Source: Candidatus Fraserbacteria bacterium (GTDB lineage: Bacteria > Bipolaricaulota > Bipolaricaulia > RBG-16-55-9 > DRXL01). Taken from it: a DNA stretch of 64,000 bases. Both the position numbers and the translations under genes were made by a program. Below the pieces are notes generated by a model. The model was not told where the DNA came from and ran no database searches. It saw nothing but the letters and a program-made list of their open reading frames with translations. The DNA is taken from contig CAMTVK010000005.1 of the NCBI GenBank assembly GCA_947085185.1, positions 32,001 through 96,000 on the forward strand, given 5' to 3'. This document shows positions 12,227-21,851 of the stretch, in pieces (the stretch's first letter is position 1; each line of letters starts with the position of its first letter).

Positions 12227-12908
12227 TCTCAACTTCGACGACGTCACCGGGGGCAAGAGGACCGACCCCTGCCGGCGTGCCCGTGGCGATGACATCCCCG
12301 GGCTCCAGCGTCATAAAACTCGTGATCTCTTCGATAATGCGGGGAATATCGAAGATGAGCTGAGACGTATCGGAGCGCTGGCGCACCGTCCCGTTGACGC
12401 GCGTCTCAATCGTAAGGGGCCAGGAAAGCTCATCTGGAGAGACTAAGATAGGGCCAAGAGCTGCGGCGGTATCGAATCCCTTGGCGCGTACCCAATTGAG
12501 CTCCCACGATTGTGCCTCACGATCGGAAATATCGTTGAAGCACGTGTAGCCCCAGATGACATCGAATGCTGCTGAAGCCTTGACGCGCTTGCAGCGCTCT
12601 TTGATGACGAGGGCAAGCTCACCCTCGTAATCCACTCGTGAAGAATTGGGCAGGTAGATCGTGGCTTCCGGGCCGATGAGCGCTGAAGGGGGCTTGAGGA
12701 AGAGCGCTGGGCGTTGAGGGAGTGTTCGGCCCATCTCTTGGGCGTGATCGCGATAGTTCACGCCGACACAGACGATCTTCGTCGGCTGAGCCGGAGGAAG
12801 CACAGAGAGCTCGCTGAGCTCTCTGGGCTGTCCGCGCACGAGGACCGTATCGCCGACGAGCTCCCTCACGTATGCTTGGCCGTCTTCAAGGACGCGTACC
12901 CACCGCAT
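12180..12908 (-). CDS. Fumarylacetoacetate hydrolase family protein
   Basis: KIVCVGVNYRDHA, VDYEGEL, NDISDR, AKGFDT, PGDVIATGTPAGVG; start reassigned to ATG 12908. Confidence 0.93.
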   Translation of the reverse strand: MRWVRVLEDGQAYVRELVGDTVLVRGQPRELSELSVLPPAQPTKIVCVGVNYRDHAQEMGRTLPQRPALFLKPPSALIGPEATIYLPNSSRVDYEGELALVIKERCKRVKASAAFDVIWGYTCFNDISDREAQSWELNWVRAKGFDTAAALGPILVSPDELSWPLTIETRVNGTVRQRSDTSQLIFDIPRIIEEITSFMTLEPGDVIATGTPAGVGPLAPGDVVEVEISGIGVLRNYVARTE

Positions 12909-13608
12909 AGCTGTATAGCTTACAGAAAGACCGGGGCAAGCCCACAAGGGCTGTCGTGGCGGTACGGCGCGGCATGGGGCTTGGCCTTCTGGCCCAGTTC
13001 CACACAATATGAAGCCCCAGCGCAAGCGTCCATAAGAGAAAGATCCACCCGATCCACCAGGTCTGCCAAAACGGTCGTGGTGCTGGTACGGGCAAGCACG
13101 CTCCTCCAAACGAGCTTGGGGGCTTGACGGGCTTGTTGACCCCTTCAAGCTTTAAGCTTCCATCTGGCATCTGAGGGTTAGCTGGCTGGGTCTCACCAGA
13201 GGGCACACAAGGGCGCGAGACCATAGGTGGAGGCAGCATCACAAGGGAGACATTTACAGCAAAGAGCACGAACAGCGCACAGACATATACCCCAAGGTGC
13301 GCTCGGATCATTCTGGGGAGGTCATGCCACATCTCGCGCCATAGAGCGACACGCCCTAGCTCAAGACGGCGCATGAGCGCCACCTGCCGAGCGCAGTCTG
13401 TGCACGTCAACGTGTGCTGAGAGACCTCCGTCAGCGTCCAAGCTTGATCGAGCGAGCGCGCTCCAACCTGCCAAGCATCAGTGAGCCGTCCCCTCACGTA
13501 CGCGTCTAGGAGAGCTCGCGAGGGGTGCATGCCCTCGCGAGGAGGTGTCCGCAACGGCTTCACTAAATCCCAAAACCAGCTCCAGTCATCGCTTTGATGA
13601 TGATTCAT
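12886..13608 (-). CDS. Membrane protein with zinc anti-sigma (HxxxCxxC) motif
   Basis: HP...LLDAY...QHTLTCTDC followed by two TM helices. Confidence 0.6.
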   Translation of the reverse strand: MNHHQSDDWSWFWDLVKPLRTPPREGMHPSRALLDAYVRGRLTDAWQVGARSLDQAWTLTEVSQHTLTCTDCARQVALMRRLELGRVALWREMWHDLPRMIRAHLGVYVCALFVLFAVNVSLVMLPPPMVSRPCVPSGETQPANPQMPDGSLKLEGVNKPVKPPSSFGGACLPVPAPRPFWQTWWIGWIFLLWTLALGLHIVWNWARRPSPMPRRTATTALVGLPRSFCKLYSYAVGTRP

Positions 13609-14041
13609 GGTCAACCCCCTTCAGCTCCTCATAGATTGCGATGATACGCTCTTTGATGCGTGTCGGGTTGAACTCTTTGCCGACGAGCTGGAAGACTTCG
13701 GTCCAGTCGAGATGGGTCCCGCTGAGCTTCTCGATGGTCAGCTGATCGAGCTTCACGGTTTTGCGCCTGAGCGCCTGTCTGAGCAGTTTGCCCTTGGCGG
13801 GGTCGTCCACCAATGGCGGATAATAATTGCTGAAGAGATAGACGAGCAAGCCCCGCACGTGGTCGGGATCGTAGCGGCGCTTGGCATAGCCAAAAGCGAG
13901 CCAGCGTCGCGCTTGGTCGAGATTGCCATCTAAGCTCAAGAGATCCTCCATCTCCGCAGGAGGCAGATCGGTACAGCGTATCAAGTGCTCCGCGTATGCC
14001 AGTCGAATCTGTGGGCCGAGCGTACTCAGGTCGTAGTCCAT
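13586..14041 (-). CDS. Hypothetical protein, possible degenerate sigma-4-like HTH
   Basis: 151-aa ORF overlapping the anti-sigma-like gene; C-terminal LDWTEVFQLVG...TRIKERI. Confidence 0.55.
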   Translation of the reverse strand: MDYDLSTLGPQIRLAYAEHLIRCTDLPPAEMEDLLSLDGNLDQARRWLAFGYAKRRYDPDHVRGLLVYLFSNYYPPLVDDPAKGKLLRQALRRKTVKLDQLTIEKLSGTHLDWTEVFQLVGKEFNPTRIKERIIAIYEELKGVDHESSSKR

Positions 14042-14118
14042 CCGACCTGCATCCTAGCATATGTCATAATTATAATGCAAGGGGCTCGATTTCTGACACT
14101 TGTTTCTCCAAGAAGCGA

Positions 14119-14147
14119 TTGACAGAGCTAATCTGGACGGGTATAAT
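14119..14147 (+). promoter_or_regulatory. sigma70 promoter of tRNA-Leu
   Basis: TTGACA-17 bp-TATAAT. Confidence 0.9.
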
Positions 14148-14156
14148 TTCTCAAGA

Positions 14157-14243
14157 GCCGAGGTGGCGGAACTGGCAGACGCGCGGGACTCAAAATCCCG
14201 TGGTGGCAACACCGTGTGGGTTCGACTCCCTCCCTCGGCACCA
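14157..14243 (+). tRNA. tRNA-Leu(CAA)
   Basis: GCCGAGG/CCTCGGC acceptor stem, anticodon loop CTCAAAA, long variable arm, GGTTCGACTCC, encoded CCA. Confidence 0.97.
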
Positions 14244-14286
14244 CAAGATCCCTGCACTCAGTTGCACAAACCCCAACAATTCGGTA

Positions 14287-15171
14287 ATGATAGGGGTTGT
14301 GAAAAAGCTCAGATGGGTGGTCATCGCCAGTTTCAGCGTGCTGGTTGCCTGCGGGAGCTTATGGATTTCTCAACGAGAATCTCCTTCGCCCCCACATCCT
14401 ACGCAAACTGTGCCCATAGTGCGTCCAGCTCTCCCAACCCAAGCCCCCGGTGCTCTCCCTCCATCAGCTCAGAAGATCACTCTCAACGACGTGCGAGAGC
14501 TCTATCGTCAGGGGCAACGCCAGCTCTATAACTCGACAGTGGGCACAGAATATCTGCAGGCGCGGGCGCTGTTGCAGAGCGCACAGGCCCTCTTGGCGCA
14601 GCTCAACGGCGAGATCACAGAGACAGTCTATTGGCAGGCACGTTTAGAATTTGAGCTGGGCAATTGGTATCACGGGGCGGCCTGGGGAGACCCCGCACAA
14701 GCCCAAGAAGCTTTACCGTACTATCTCACGGCAGAACGGCTTGCGCGACAGCTCACCGAGCGTGCCCCGGACTTCTCTGAGGGCTATCGGCTGCTAGGGG
14801 AGACCCAGATGCGCATTATCAGCTTAAAGGGCTGGCTCCAAGCCCTCACCCATGCCCAAACAGCTAAAAAGAATCTCGATCGCGCGGTCACGCTCGACCC
14901 TAAGAACGCTGAAGCTCACCTAGCGTTAGGGATCTATTATCTGTACGCGCCAACGCTCTTTGGAGGAGATTTAGAAAAAGCTCTCAGCTCTCTCAGGGAG
15001 AGCGAAGCGCTGACATCAGATGAGACAGTGCGATTTCTGTCGTATCGGTGGCAAGGGGTTGCATACGCGAAACTGGGCAAGCTCGGCGAGGCCAAAGAAG
15101 CGTTTCGCAAAGCCCTGCTGATCTACCCTAAAAGCTCATGGGATCGGAACGAGCTGAATAAGCTCCGATAA
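14287..15171 (+). CDS. Membrane-anchored tetratricopeptide repeat protein
   Basis: N-terminal TM, Pro-rich linker, TPR patterns (LDPKNAEAHLALG; GVAYAKLGKLGEAKEAFRKAL). Confidence 0.8.
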   Translation: MIGVVKKLRWVVIASFSVLVACGSLWISQRESPSPPHPTQTVPIVRPALPTQAPGALPPSAQKITLNDVRELYRQGQRQLYNSTVGTEYLQARALLQSAQALLAQLNGEITETVYWQARLEFELGNWYHGAAWGDPAQAQEALPYYLTAERLARQLTERAPDFSEGYRLLGETQMRIISLKGWLQALTHAQTAKKNLDRAVTLDPKNAEAHLALGIYYLYAPTLFGGDLEKALSSLRESEALTSDETVRFLSYRWQGVAYAKLGKLGEAKEAFRKALLIYPKSSWDRNELNKLR

Positions 15172-15187
15172 CACTCAGGAGGTCTCT

Positions 15188-16543
15188 ATGGAGCAAGTCT
15201 TTCAGTACATTGACGCGCATCGTGATGAGTTTCTAGAGCGTCTCAAGGTGCTGTTGCGCCAGCCCAGCGTCGCTGCTCAGAATTTGGGGATGGAGCCGTG
15301 CGCTCAGCTCGTCCAGCAGATGCTCCAGAGCGTGGGGTTTAAGACCCAGATCTTTCCTACAGACGGCTTTCCCGTCGTCTACGGCGAGCTGGAGGGCACA
15401 AGCGATAAAACTCTGATGTTCTATGATCACTACGATGTGCAGCCTCCGGAGCCCTTGGAGCTGTGGGAGTCCGATCCGTGGGACCCGCAGATCCGAGGCG
15501 GAGGGCTCTACGCGCGCGGGTCTTCAGATAATAAGGGCGATCTGGTAGCGCGGCTGTGCGCTCTCGAAGCGTATCAGAAGGTCATGGGCGGACTGCCCAT
15601 CACGATAAAGTTTGTGATCGAAGGCGAAGAAGAGATTGGCAGCCCCCATCTCGGGCAGTTCGTCCAGGAGCACAGGAGTCTTCTGAGAGCCGACGGGTGC
15701 ATCTGGGAGTTCGGACACAAAGATCTCAAAGACGTTCCCCAAATCTATTTGGGGCTGAAGGGCATCTGTTACGTGGAGCTGCGCGCCACGGGAGCGGTGA
15801 GCGATCAGCATTCGTCGTGGGGGACGATTGTGCCCAATCCGGCGTGGCGTTTGGTGTGGGCACTCAGCACTCTCAAGGACAGGAACGAGAAGATTCAGAT
15901 CACGGGATTTTACGAGGATGTGCGCCCGCCCAGCCGCGCTGAGCTCAAAGCCGTCTACGATCTGGACTTCGATGAGAGAGGGTGGCGCAAGAAGTTCGGG
16001 ATTCAGAGATATCTCTTGGGGCTCTCTGGTCGTAAGCTCAAGAAGAAGCACTATTTCGAGCCGACGTGCACGATCTGTGGGATCTGGAGCGGCTATACCG
16101 GCCCAGGGCCCAAGACGGTGCTCCCCGCTGAAGCCCGCGCCAAGATCGACTTTCGCTTGGTGCCCGATCAAGACCCCAAAAAGATTCTCTCTCTACTGAA
16201 AAGACACTTAAAGAGACACGGCTTTGGGGATATCGAAGTGATCGGGATGCATGGGGTCAACCCGGCCCGCACCCCCATGGATGATCCCTTGGTAGAATTG
16301 GTGCGGCGCACCGCACAAAAAATTTATGGAGTCAGGCCGGTCGTGCACCCGACGTCCGCAGCAAGTGGCCCTATGTACACGCTCTGTCAGAGATTGGGCA
16401 TCCCAGCAGTCTCGACAGGGATCGGCTATGCCCACTCCAACACCCACGCCCCCAACGAGAACATTCGCATTGACGACTTCGTTCAGGGCATCAAACACAT
16501 CGCCAGCATTGTCCATGAGTTCTCTTCAACATCTCTGAGGTGA
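15188..16543 (+). CDS. M20 family metallopeptidase/dipeptidase
   Basis: YDHYDVQP, ARGSSDNKG, EGEEEIGS, HAPNEN. Confidence 0.94.
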   Translation: MEQVFQYIDAHRDEFLERLKVLLRQPSVAAQNLGMEPCAQLVQQMLQSVGFKTQIFPTDGFPVVYGELEGTSDKTLMFYDHYDVQPPEPLELWESDPWDPQIRGGGLYARGSSDNKGDLVARLCALEAYQKVMGGLPITIKFVIEGEEEIGSPHLGQFVQEHRSLLRADGCIWEFGHKDLKDVPQIYLGLKGICYVELRATGAVSDQHSSWGTIVPNPAWRLVWALSTLKDRNEKIQITGFYEDVRPPSRAELKAVYDLDFDERGWRKKFGIQRYLLGLSGRKLKKKHYFEPTCTICGIWSGYTGPGPKTVLPAEARAKIDFRLVPDQDPKKILSLLKRHLKRHGFGDIEVIGMHGVNPARTPMDDPLVELVRRTAQKIYGVRPVVHPTSAASGPMYTLCQRLGIPAVSTGIGYAHSNTHAPNENIRIDDFVQGIKHIASIVHEFSSTSLR

Positions 16544-16549
16544 TCAGCT

Positions 16550-18370
16550 ATGCAAACTCTCGAAGCACCGCCGCGCAGCAGTGCCATAGGGGTCAGATGG
16601 GATCTGAAAGACTTATATCTTGACCCCGACGATCCAGCTTTGGAGCGTGACTTGCGCAGTGCACTGGAGCGAGCGCACGCGTTTGAGCAAAAATATCGCG
16701 GGCGGCTGCGCCAAGGGATCGCTCCACGCTCTCTCTACGAAGCCCTGATTGAGCTGGAGAGCATATCCGAACAGATGGACAAGCCCTTGATCTATGCGCA
16801 TCTGCTCCATGCTTCTGATACCCAGAACCCGCGCCATGGAGCGCTGCTTCAATCTACCCAAGAGCGCCACACCCAGATCCGACAGCATCTGCTCTTCTTC
16901 GACTTGGAATGGATGGACCTGCCCGATGAGACTGCGCGGGTTCTCATGAACGCTCCGGAAGTCGCGCGCTATCGGCACTACTTAGAAAAAGCCCGGCTCT
17001 TCCGGCCACATAAGCTCTCTGAACCCGAAGAGAAGATCTTAGATATCAAAGCGAACACGAGCACGCGGGCCTTTCAGAGGCTCTTCAGCGAGATCGTCTC
17101 TGGACTCACAGTGCAGATCGGCCGAGGGAAAGCCGCACAGAAGCTGACCCTCGATCAAGCCCTCGCCAAGCTCCATGAGCCCGACCGCACCGTCCGCAAG
17201 AACGCTGCCAAAGCGATCACCCACACGCTGCGCACCCACGCCCGCGTGCTCACTTATATCTTCAATGCGCTCGTGCTCGATCATAAGATCACTGATGAGC
17301 TGAGAAAGTTTCCGTCCCCCATGCACGCGCGCCATCTGGCGAACGAGATCGAGCCCGCTACCGTGGAGGCCCTGATGACCTCGTGCGAGCGCTCTTATGA
17401 TATCGTCCAAGAGTATTATCGTCTCAAGAAGCGCCTGCTGGGGCTGCGCACACTCTATGATTATGATCGCTACGCTCCGATCTCAGCGGAGCTCCCCCAG
17501 CGCCAGTGGACCGATGCCCAACGAATTGTCCTAGAAGCCTATCGCGACTTCTCCCCACAGATAGCTCAGATCGTCCAAGAGTTTTTGGACAAGAACTGGA
17601 TCGACGCGGAAGTGCGCTTTGGCAAAGTCGGCGGGGCGTTCTCCGCGAGCACCGTGCCCAGTGCCCATCCCTATATCTTGCTCAACTACACAGACAAGCT
17701 GCGCGATGTCATGACGCTGGCGCACGAGCTGGGTCACGGCGTCCATCAGTATCTCTCCCGACGGGTGGGCCACTTGCAAGCCGATACCCCCTTGACGATG
17801 GCCGAGACGGCCAGCACATTTGGAGAGATGCTTACGTTCCGCAAGCTGCTCGCGGAGATTCAAGACCCTAAAGTGAAGCTCGCGTTGCTCTGCAGCAAGA
17901 TTGAGGACTCGTTCGCGACGATCTTCCGGCAAATTGTGCTGACGCGCTTTGAGCAGAAGCTGCATGAGGCGCGGCGCACCCAAGGGGAGCTCCCTCCAGA
18001 GCGCATCGGTGAACTCTGGCTCGACGCCAATCGCTCGATGTTTGGCGACTCCGTCACGCTCACCGATGACTATCGCTGGTGGTGGCTGTATATTTCACAC
18101 TTTATTCACGTGCCGTTCTATTGCTATGCCTATGCGTTCGGAGAGCTTTTAGTATTAGCGCTCTATCAGAGATATCTCCGCGAGGGGGAGGCGTTCGTGC
18201 CCTTGTATGTAGATCTGCTTGCGAAGGGGGGATCTGACAGCCCTCAGAAGCTCTTGGCCCCGTTGGGGATAGACACAAGCGATCCGAACTTCTGGAAGAC
18301 AGGGCTCGAGTTCTTGCGCACGATGGTACAAGAGGCCGAGCACCTGGCTCAGACGCTCCCGAGTTTGTAG
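16550..18370 (+). CDS. pepF: M3 family oligoendopeptidase F
   Basis: TLAHELGHGVH, AETAST, HFIHVPFYCYAYAFG. Confidence 0.93.
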   Translation: MQTLEAPPRSSAIGVRWDLKDLYLDPDDPALERDLRSALERAHAFEQKYRGRLRQGIAPRSLYEALIELESISEQMDKPLIYAHLLHASDTQNPRHGALLQSTQERHTQIRQHLLFFDLEWMDLPDETARVLMNAPEVARYRHYLEKARLFRPHKLSEPEEKILDIKANTSTRAFQRLFSEIVSGLTVQIGRGKAAQKLTLDQALAKLHEPDRTVRKNAAKAITHTLRTHARVLTYIFNALVLDHKITDELRKFPSPMHARHLANEIEPATVEALMTSCERSYDIVQEYYRLKKRLLGLRTLYDYDRYAPISAELPQRQWTDAQRIVLEAYRDFSPQIAQIVQEFLDKNWIDAEVRFGKVGGAFSASTVPSAHPYILLNYTDKLRDVMTLAHELGHGVHQYLSRRVGHLQADTPLTMAETASTFGEMLTFRKLLAEIQDPKVKLALLCSKIEDSFATIFRQIVLTRFEQKLHEARRTQGELPPERIGELWLDANRSMFGDSVTLTDDYRWWWLYISHFIHVPFYCYAYAFGELLVLALYQRYLREGEAFVPLYVDLLAKGGSDSPQKLLAPLGIDTSDPNFWKTGLEFLRTMVQEAEHLAQTLPSL

Positions 18371-19017
18371 CCAAATCCGCGCACCGTGAGGATTATCTTT
18401 GGGTTTTCAACATCCTCCTCGAGCTTGTTGCGCAATAGATAGATATATTTCTTGACGTCCTCAGACGACGCATAGGGGTTCTCCTGCCAGATCGCGTCAA
18501 TGATCTCGCGGTGGGAGAAGACTTTGCCCGGTTTGGACGCCAAGAGCTTTAAGAGCTCATACTCTTTGGGCGAAAGCTCGATCACTCTCTCTCCGAGATG
18601 CACTTCTTTGCGCTCATCGTCGATCTGGAGCGCCCCAAGCTGTATATATGGGGATCGGCTGACGCGACGCATGACCGCCTCGATACGAGCCTCGACCTCA
18701 CGAAGATCGAAGGGCTTAGTGATATAATCGTCTGCCCCCGTCGAGAACCCGCGCACCTTGTCGTCTGTGGAGTCTTTGGCGGTCACCATGATCACGGGGG
18801 TCTTCGCGCCGCTCTCTCGGAGCTTCTGGAGCACCATCCAGCCGTCGAGCTTGGGCATCATCACGTCGAGCAGGAGCAGATCGGGCTTCTCTTTGGGGAA
18901 TTTCTCTAAAGCTTCCTGGCCGTTCATCGCCGTGATGATAAAGTGTCCTTTGGCTTCTAAAAACTTGCGCAGCAGATGCAAGGACGTCGCATCGTCCTCA
19001 GCGATGAGAATGCGCAT
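18349..19017 (-). CDS. OmpR family response regulator
   Basis: Receiver (AEDD, DVMMP, KPF) plus winged helix (TVRGFGY). Confidence 0.95.
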   Translation of the reverse strand: MRILIAEDDATSLHLLRKFLEAKGHFIITAMNGQEALEKFPKEKPDLLLLDVMMPKLDGWMVLQKLRESGAKTPVIMVTAKDSTDDKVRGFSTGADDYITKPFDLREVEARIEAVMRRVSRSPYIQLGALQIDDERKEVHLGERVIELSPKEYELLKLLASKPGKVFSHREIIDAIWQENPYASSEDVKKYIYLLRNKLEEDVENPKIILTVRGFGYKLGSV

Positions 19018-20563
19018 GGGAGACCTCCTCAGACCTCGGACCGGTCGGCTCCACAGGCAGCATGATCGAGAAGACGCTGCCCCGTCCGACCTCGCTGTCT
19101 ACAGCAACGCGTCCACCGAGCATCTCGACGTATCGCTTCACGATGGTGAGCCCCAAGCCAACCCCTTGGGACTCTCGGGTGTTGGAGCTGTCTAGCTGCG
19201 TGAACGGCTCAAAGATCCGGTCACGCTCGTGTTCTGGGATGCCGATGCCGGTATCTGAGACCGAGAACCGATATTCGTTCTCGTGTACTGCCCCTGAGAG
19301 AGCCACGCGGCCCGCGGGCGTGTACTTGATCGCATTACTCAGCAGATTGATCAAAGCCTGCTTGAGTTTGGTCCCGTCGGTGATGAGCGTGCACGGCTCG
19401 ATCTGATAAGTCAGTGCAAGCCCTTTGCCACGGGCGAGGGCGCTCACAGCTTTGATCGCTTCTTCCCCAACAGCTGAAGCCTCAACGGCTTCCAAATACG
19501 GACGATCCTCGCTCGCCTCGAGCTTAGAGAACCGCAAGATATTGTCAATGAGCTCTAAGAGGTGGTTTCCGGATTTTAAGATGTTTTCGAGATCATCGCG
19601 CTGGGCTTGGGTGAGTGAGCCGTCTACTCCTTCTAACAAGAGCTGAGAGTATCCTAGGATAGCATGGAGTGGGGTCTTCAGCTCGTGGCTCATCACGGCG
19701 AGGAAGTCGGATTTGGCTCGATTGGCTTTGACCAGCTGGGCGTTGATCTGCTCGAGCTGGCGCTTGCGCTCTTCGATGGCATCGGCCATAGCATTGAACT
19801 CTCGAGCGAGCGTCTCCAATTCGTCTCCTGTGGAGACACGAGCGCGAGCTGAGGGGTCTTGCTTGAAGCGTTGCAGGGCCTGGGTCAGGGTCTCCGCCGG
19901 CCCTAAGATCATCTTATAGAACATAAAAGCGATGATCAGAGCGAGCACAATGTACCCACCTATAACGAGCGCGATGAAGGCTGCTTCGCGGCGCACGAGG
20001 GCCGGCGTCGTTGCGAGACTGACCCCCAGCTGCAGCGCAGAGAACGTAGGGACTTCTTGGCGGATCTCTCGTCGCTGGATCTGCCCTGTGCTGTCTCTAT
20101 AGAATTCGACTTTGTAGTCCACTTTGGTGACAGGCTCGACATACGTCAGATGCAGAAACGGTGTGCCGCGGAAGGGTTGGATCTTTTGCACTCGCATATC
20201 TCGGGTGGTCGGCAGTTCTGAGATGCCCGCGGCAAACTGTTGTTGAGCTTCTGGGCTCAAGTCTTCGGTGTGATCGCTGCAGGCTGTCTCTCCGGCGATG
20301 ACGATCTTGAGATAGATGAGCCCCTCATCGCGGAGGTCTTTGATGAATCTGGTGCATGACTGCGAGAGTATTTCGCCTGACCGGTTGAGCAGAGCTGGTC
20401 CAATGATCTTCACAATTGTCTCCCACTTGACACGCACCTGGCTCTCCAGCAGATCAGAAAAGCGCATGATCGCCAGGATCCCTAAGGGCACGGCCACCAA
20501 GAGCGTGAACCCCAGCAGCGTGAAGATGAACTTATAGCGCAAGCTGAGCCGCAGCCACTTCAT
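18998..20563 (-). CDS. Sensor histidine kinase (HAMP-HisKA-HATPase)
   Basis: Two TMs, HAMP, SHELKTPL, NLLSNAIKY, DTGIGI, GLGL. Confidence 0.95.
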   Translation of the reverse strand: MKWLRLSLRYKFIFTLLGFTLLVAVPLGILAIMRFSDLLESQVRVKWETIVKIIGPALLNRSGEILSQSCTRFIKDLRDEGLIYLKIVIAGETACSDHTEDLSPEAQQQFAAGISELPTTRDMRVQKIQPFRGTPFLHLTYVEPVTKVDYKVEFYRDSTGQIQRREIRQEVPTFSALQLGVSLATTPALVRREAAFIALVIGGYIVLALIIAFMFYKMILGPAETLTQALQRFKQDPSARARVSTGDELETLAREFNAMADAIEERKRQLEQINAQLVKANRAKSDFLAVMSHELKTPLHAILGYSQLLLEGVDGSLTQAQRDDLENILKSGNHLLELIDNILRFSKLEASEDRPYLEAVEASAVGEEAIKAVSALARGKGLALTYQIEPCTLITDGTKLKQALINLLSNAIKYTPAGRVALSGAVHENEYRFSVSDTGIGIPEHERDRIFEPFTQLDSSNTRESQGVGLGLTIVKRYVEMLGGRVAVDSEVGRGSVFSIMLPVEPTGPRSEEVSHAHSHR

Positions 20564-20571
20564 ACCGTGTT

Positions 20572-20600
20572 AGTGTAGCGCCTAGGCAAGGAGTCGTCAA
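20572..20600 (-). promoter_or_regulatory. sigma70 promoter of histidine kinase (leaderless-type)
   Basis: TTGACG-17 bp-TACACT, 8 nt before ATG, no SD. Confidence 0.75.
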
Positions 20601-20696
20601 CACCAATGGTCACCTAATTTCCACGCTGGTTCCATGTCATTGGTACACAAGAGCTCGTACAATAGAACTCGAAGCTGGCCCACTCTCTTCACGTAA

Positions 20697-20862
20697 GGGG
20701 CTTGGTGTCTCTCGCAGAGGGAGAAGTCTCGAAGGCTTCTCTCACGGATGGGAGGGTTTTGCCTCTCTGGGGGCTGCCTGACCTCCTCCCCACCGAGAGG
20801 ATTTTTCCTTGCCAGCCGGCACTGCGCCAGGAACCAAGCCCCACCTTCCTTCTTCGGAGGGA
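20697..20862 (+). ncRNA. Putative structured non-coding RNA of unassigned family
   Basis: Closing stem GGGGCTTGGT/ACCAAGCCCC, nested stems with G-U pairs on + strand, terminal cUUCGg hairpin, upstream TACAAT (20658-20663). Confidence 0.5.
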
Positions 20863-20891
20863 TTGACGCTCGGGTCCCTATCCCCTACAAT
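20863..20891 (+). promoter_or_regulatory. sigma70 promoter of the downstream secreted-protein gene
   Basis: TTGACG-17 bp-TACAAT. Confidence 0.75.
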
Positions 20892-20915
20892 AGCTCTGAT
20901 GCAGAGGGGGGACTC

Positions 20916-21848
20916 ATGCGAAGAGTTCGAGCCTGCCCACGCTGGGGTGTGCTCCTCGGCTTGATGCTGATGGGTGTGCCCTGGCTTATCGGGACAGCTC
21001 AGGGCTGCTCGGTCCAGTCCTATGTCGACGGTCGTTGCTCCGCGGAGCTTGCTCTGTCAACACGGGTGAGAGAAGATCATCGTGTGACAGAATCTGGGGG
21101 AAGTTTGCTGATCGCTCTTGCGACGCTGCAGCGCGAGCCGGAGCACGCCTCTCAGATGCTCTCTTCTCCTCCGCCGTTGGTGGGCATCTCCTATCTGACT
21201 ATCCAGCGACTCATGCTGGCTCCGCCCGAAGAAAGATCCGTCGAGTCGCAGATGATCTGGGATTTCGGGCGCGTGGCGCAGCTGGAAGCGCGCCTGCGCA
21301 ACATAGACGCGATCATGCGCGCACTCCTTGAAGAATTCTTTCAATCTCACGGCTCTCTCTTGCAGAACCGCGAGCTGACGGTGCTCATCAACGTTGACGG
21401 CTTGGGGCTCTTCTTGCCTGCCCAAATTGAGAGCCTCAGCAGCTTCGCGCTCGACGAACGGCTCCATCTCTCCTTGAGTCGCGCGACCATCACCTTGCGC
21501 ATGGCCACCGGCTTTGGCAGCGTGATGGGCCAGATCGAACTCGATCCCAAAGACTTCGAGATCAGTAAAGAGAGAGTCGGGATTGAGCTGGCGCTCGGCT
21601 CGACTTCGCTGTCGGGGATCACGACGTTCGAGCAAGGGGTTGGCTTGATCAGCCAGGTGTATTCTATCAAAGCTCAAGTGGGGGACGTCGAGCTCGTGGG
21701 CCAGGCAGTGTTCACGTCCACCTCCCAAGAGTTCACGATCGGCATGAGCATCGCGGGGATAGCGCTCTCGGGGAGCTCGCTCATCACCCCCAGCAGCTTC
21801 ACGCAGAGCTTGCTCATTGAGATTCCCATCATGGTGAGAAAGAAATAG
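20916..21848 (+). CDS. Hypothetical secreted protein with beta-strand-rich C-terminus
   Basis: SD AGAGGGGG, signal peptide, alternating hydrophobic strands in C-terminal half. Confidence 0.6.
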   Translation: MRRVRACPRWGVLLGLMLMGVPWLIGTAQGCSVQSYVDGRCSAELALSTRVREDHRVTESGGSLLIALATLQREPEHASQMLSSPPPLVGISYLTIQRLMLAPPEERSVESQMIWDFGRVAQLEARLRNIDAIMRALLEEFFQSHGSLLQNRELTVLINVDGLGLFLPAQIESLSSFALDERLHLSLSRATITLRMATGFGSVMGQIELDPKDFEISKERVGIELALGSTSLSGITTFEQGVGLISQVYSIKAQVGDVELVGQAVFTSTSQEFTIGMSIAGIALSGSSLITPSSFTQSLLIEIPIMVRKK

Positions 21849-21851
21849 CTC

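Noticed and set aside
13996..14286. N-terminal extension of the TPR ORF
   Set aside because: Overlaps tRNA-Leu and its promoter; real start is probably 14287.
14157..15190. Possible island integrated at tRNA-Leu
   Set aside because: No duplicated tRNA 3' end or integrase seen.
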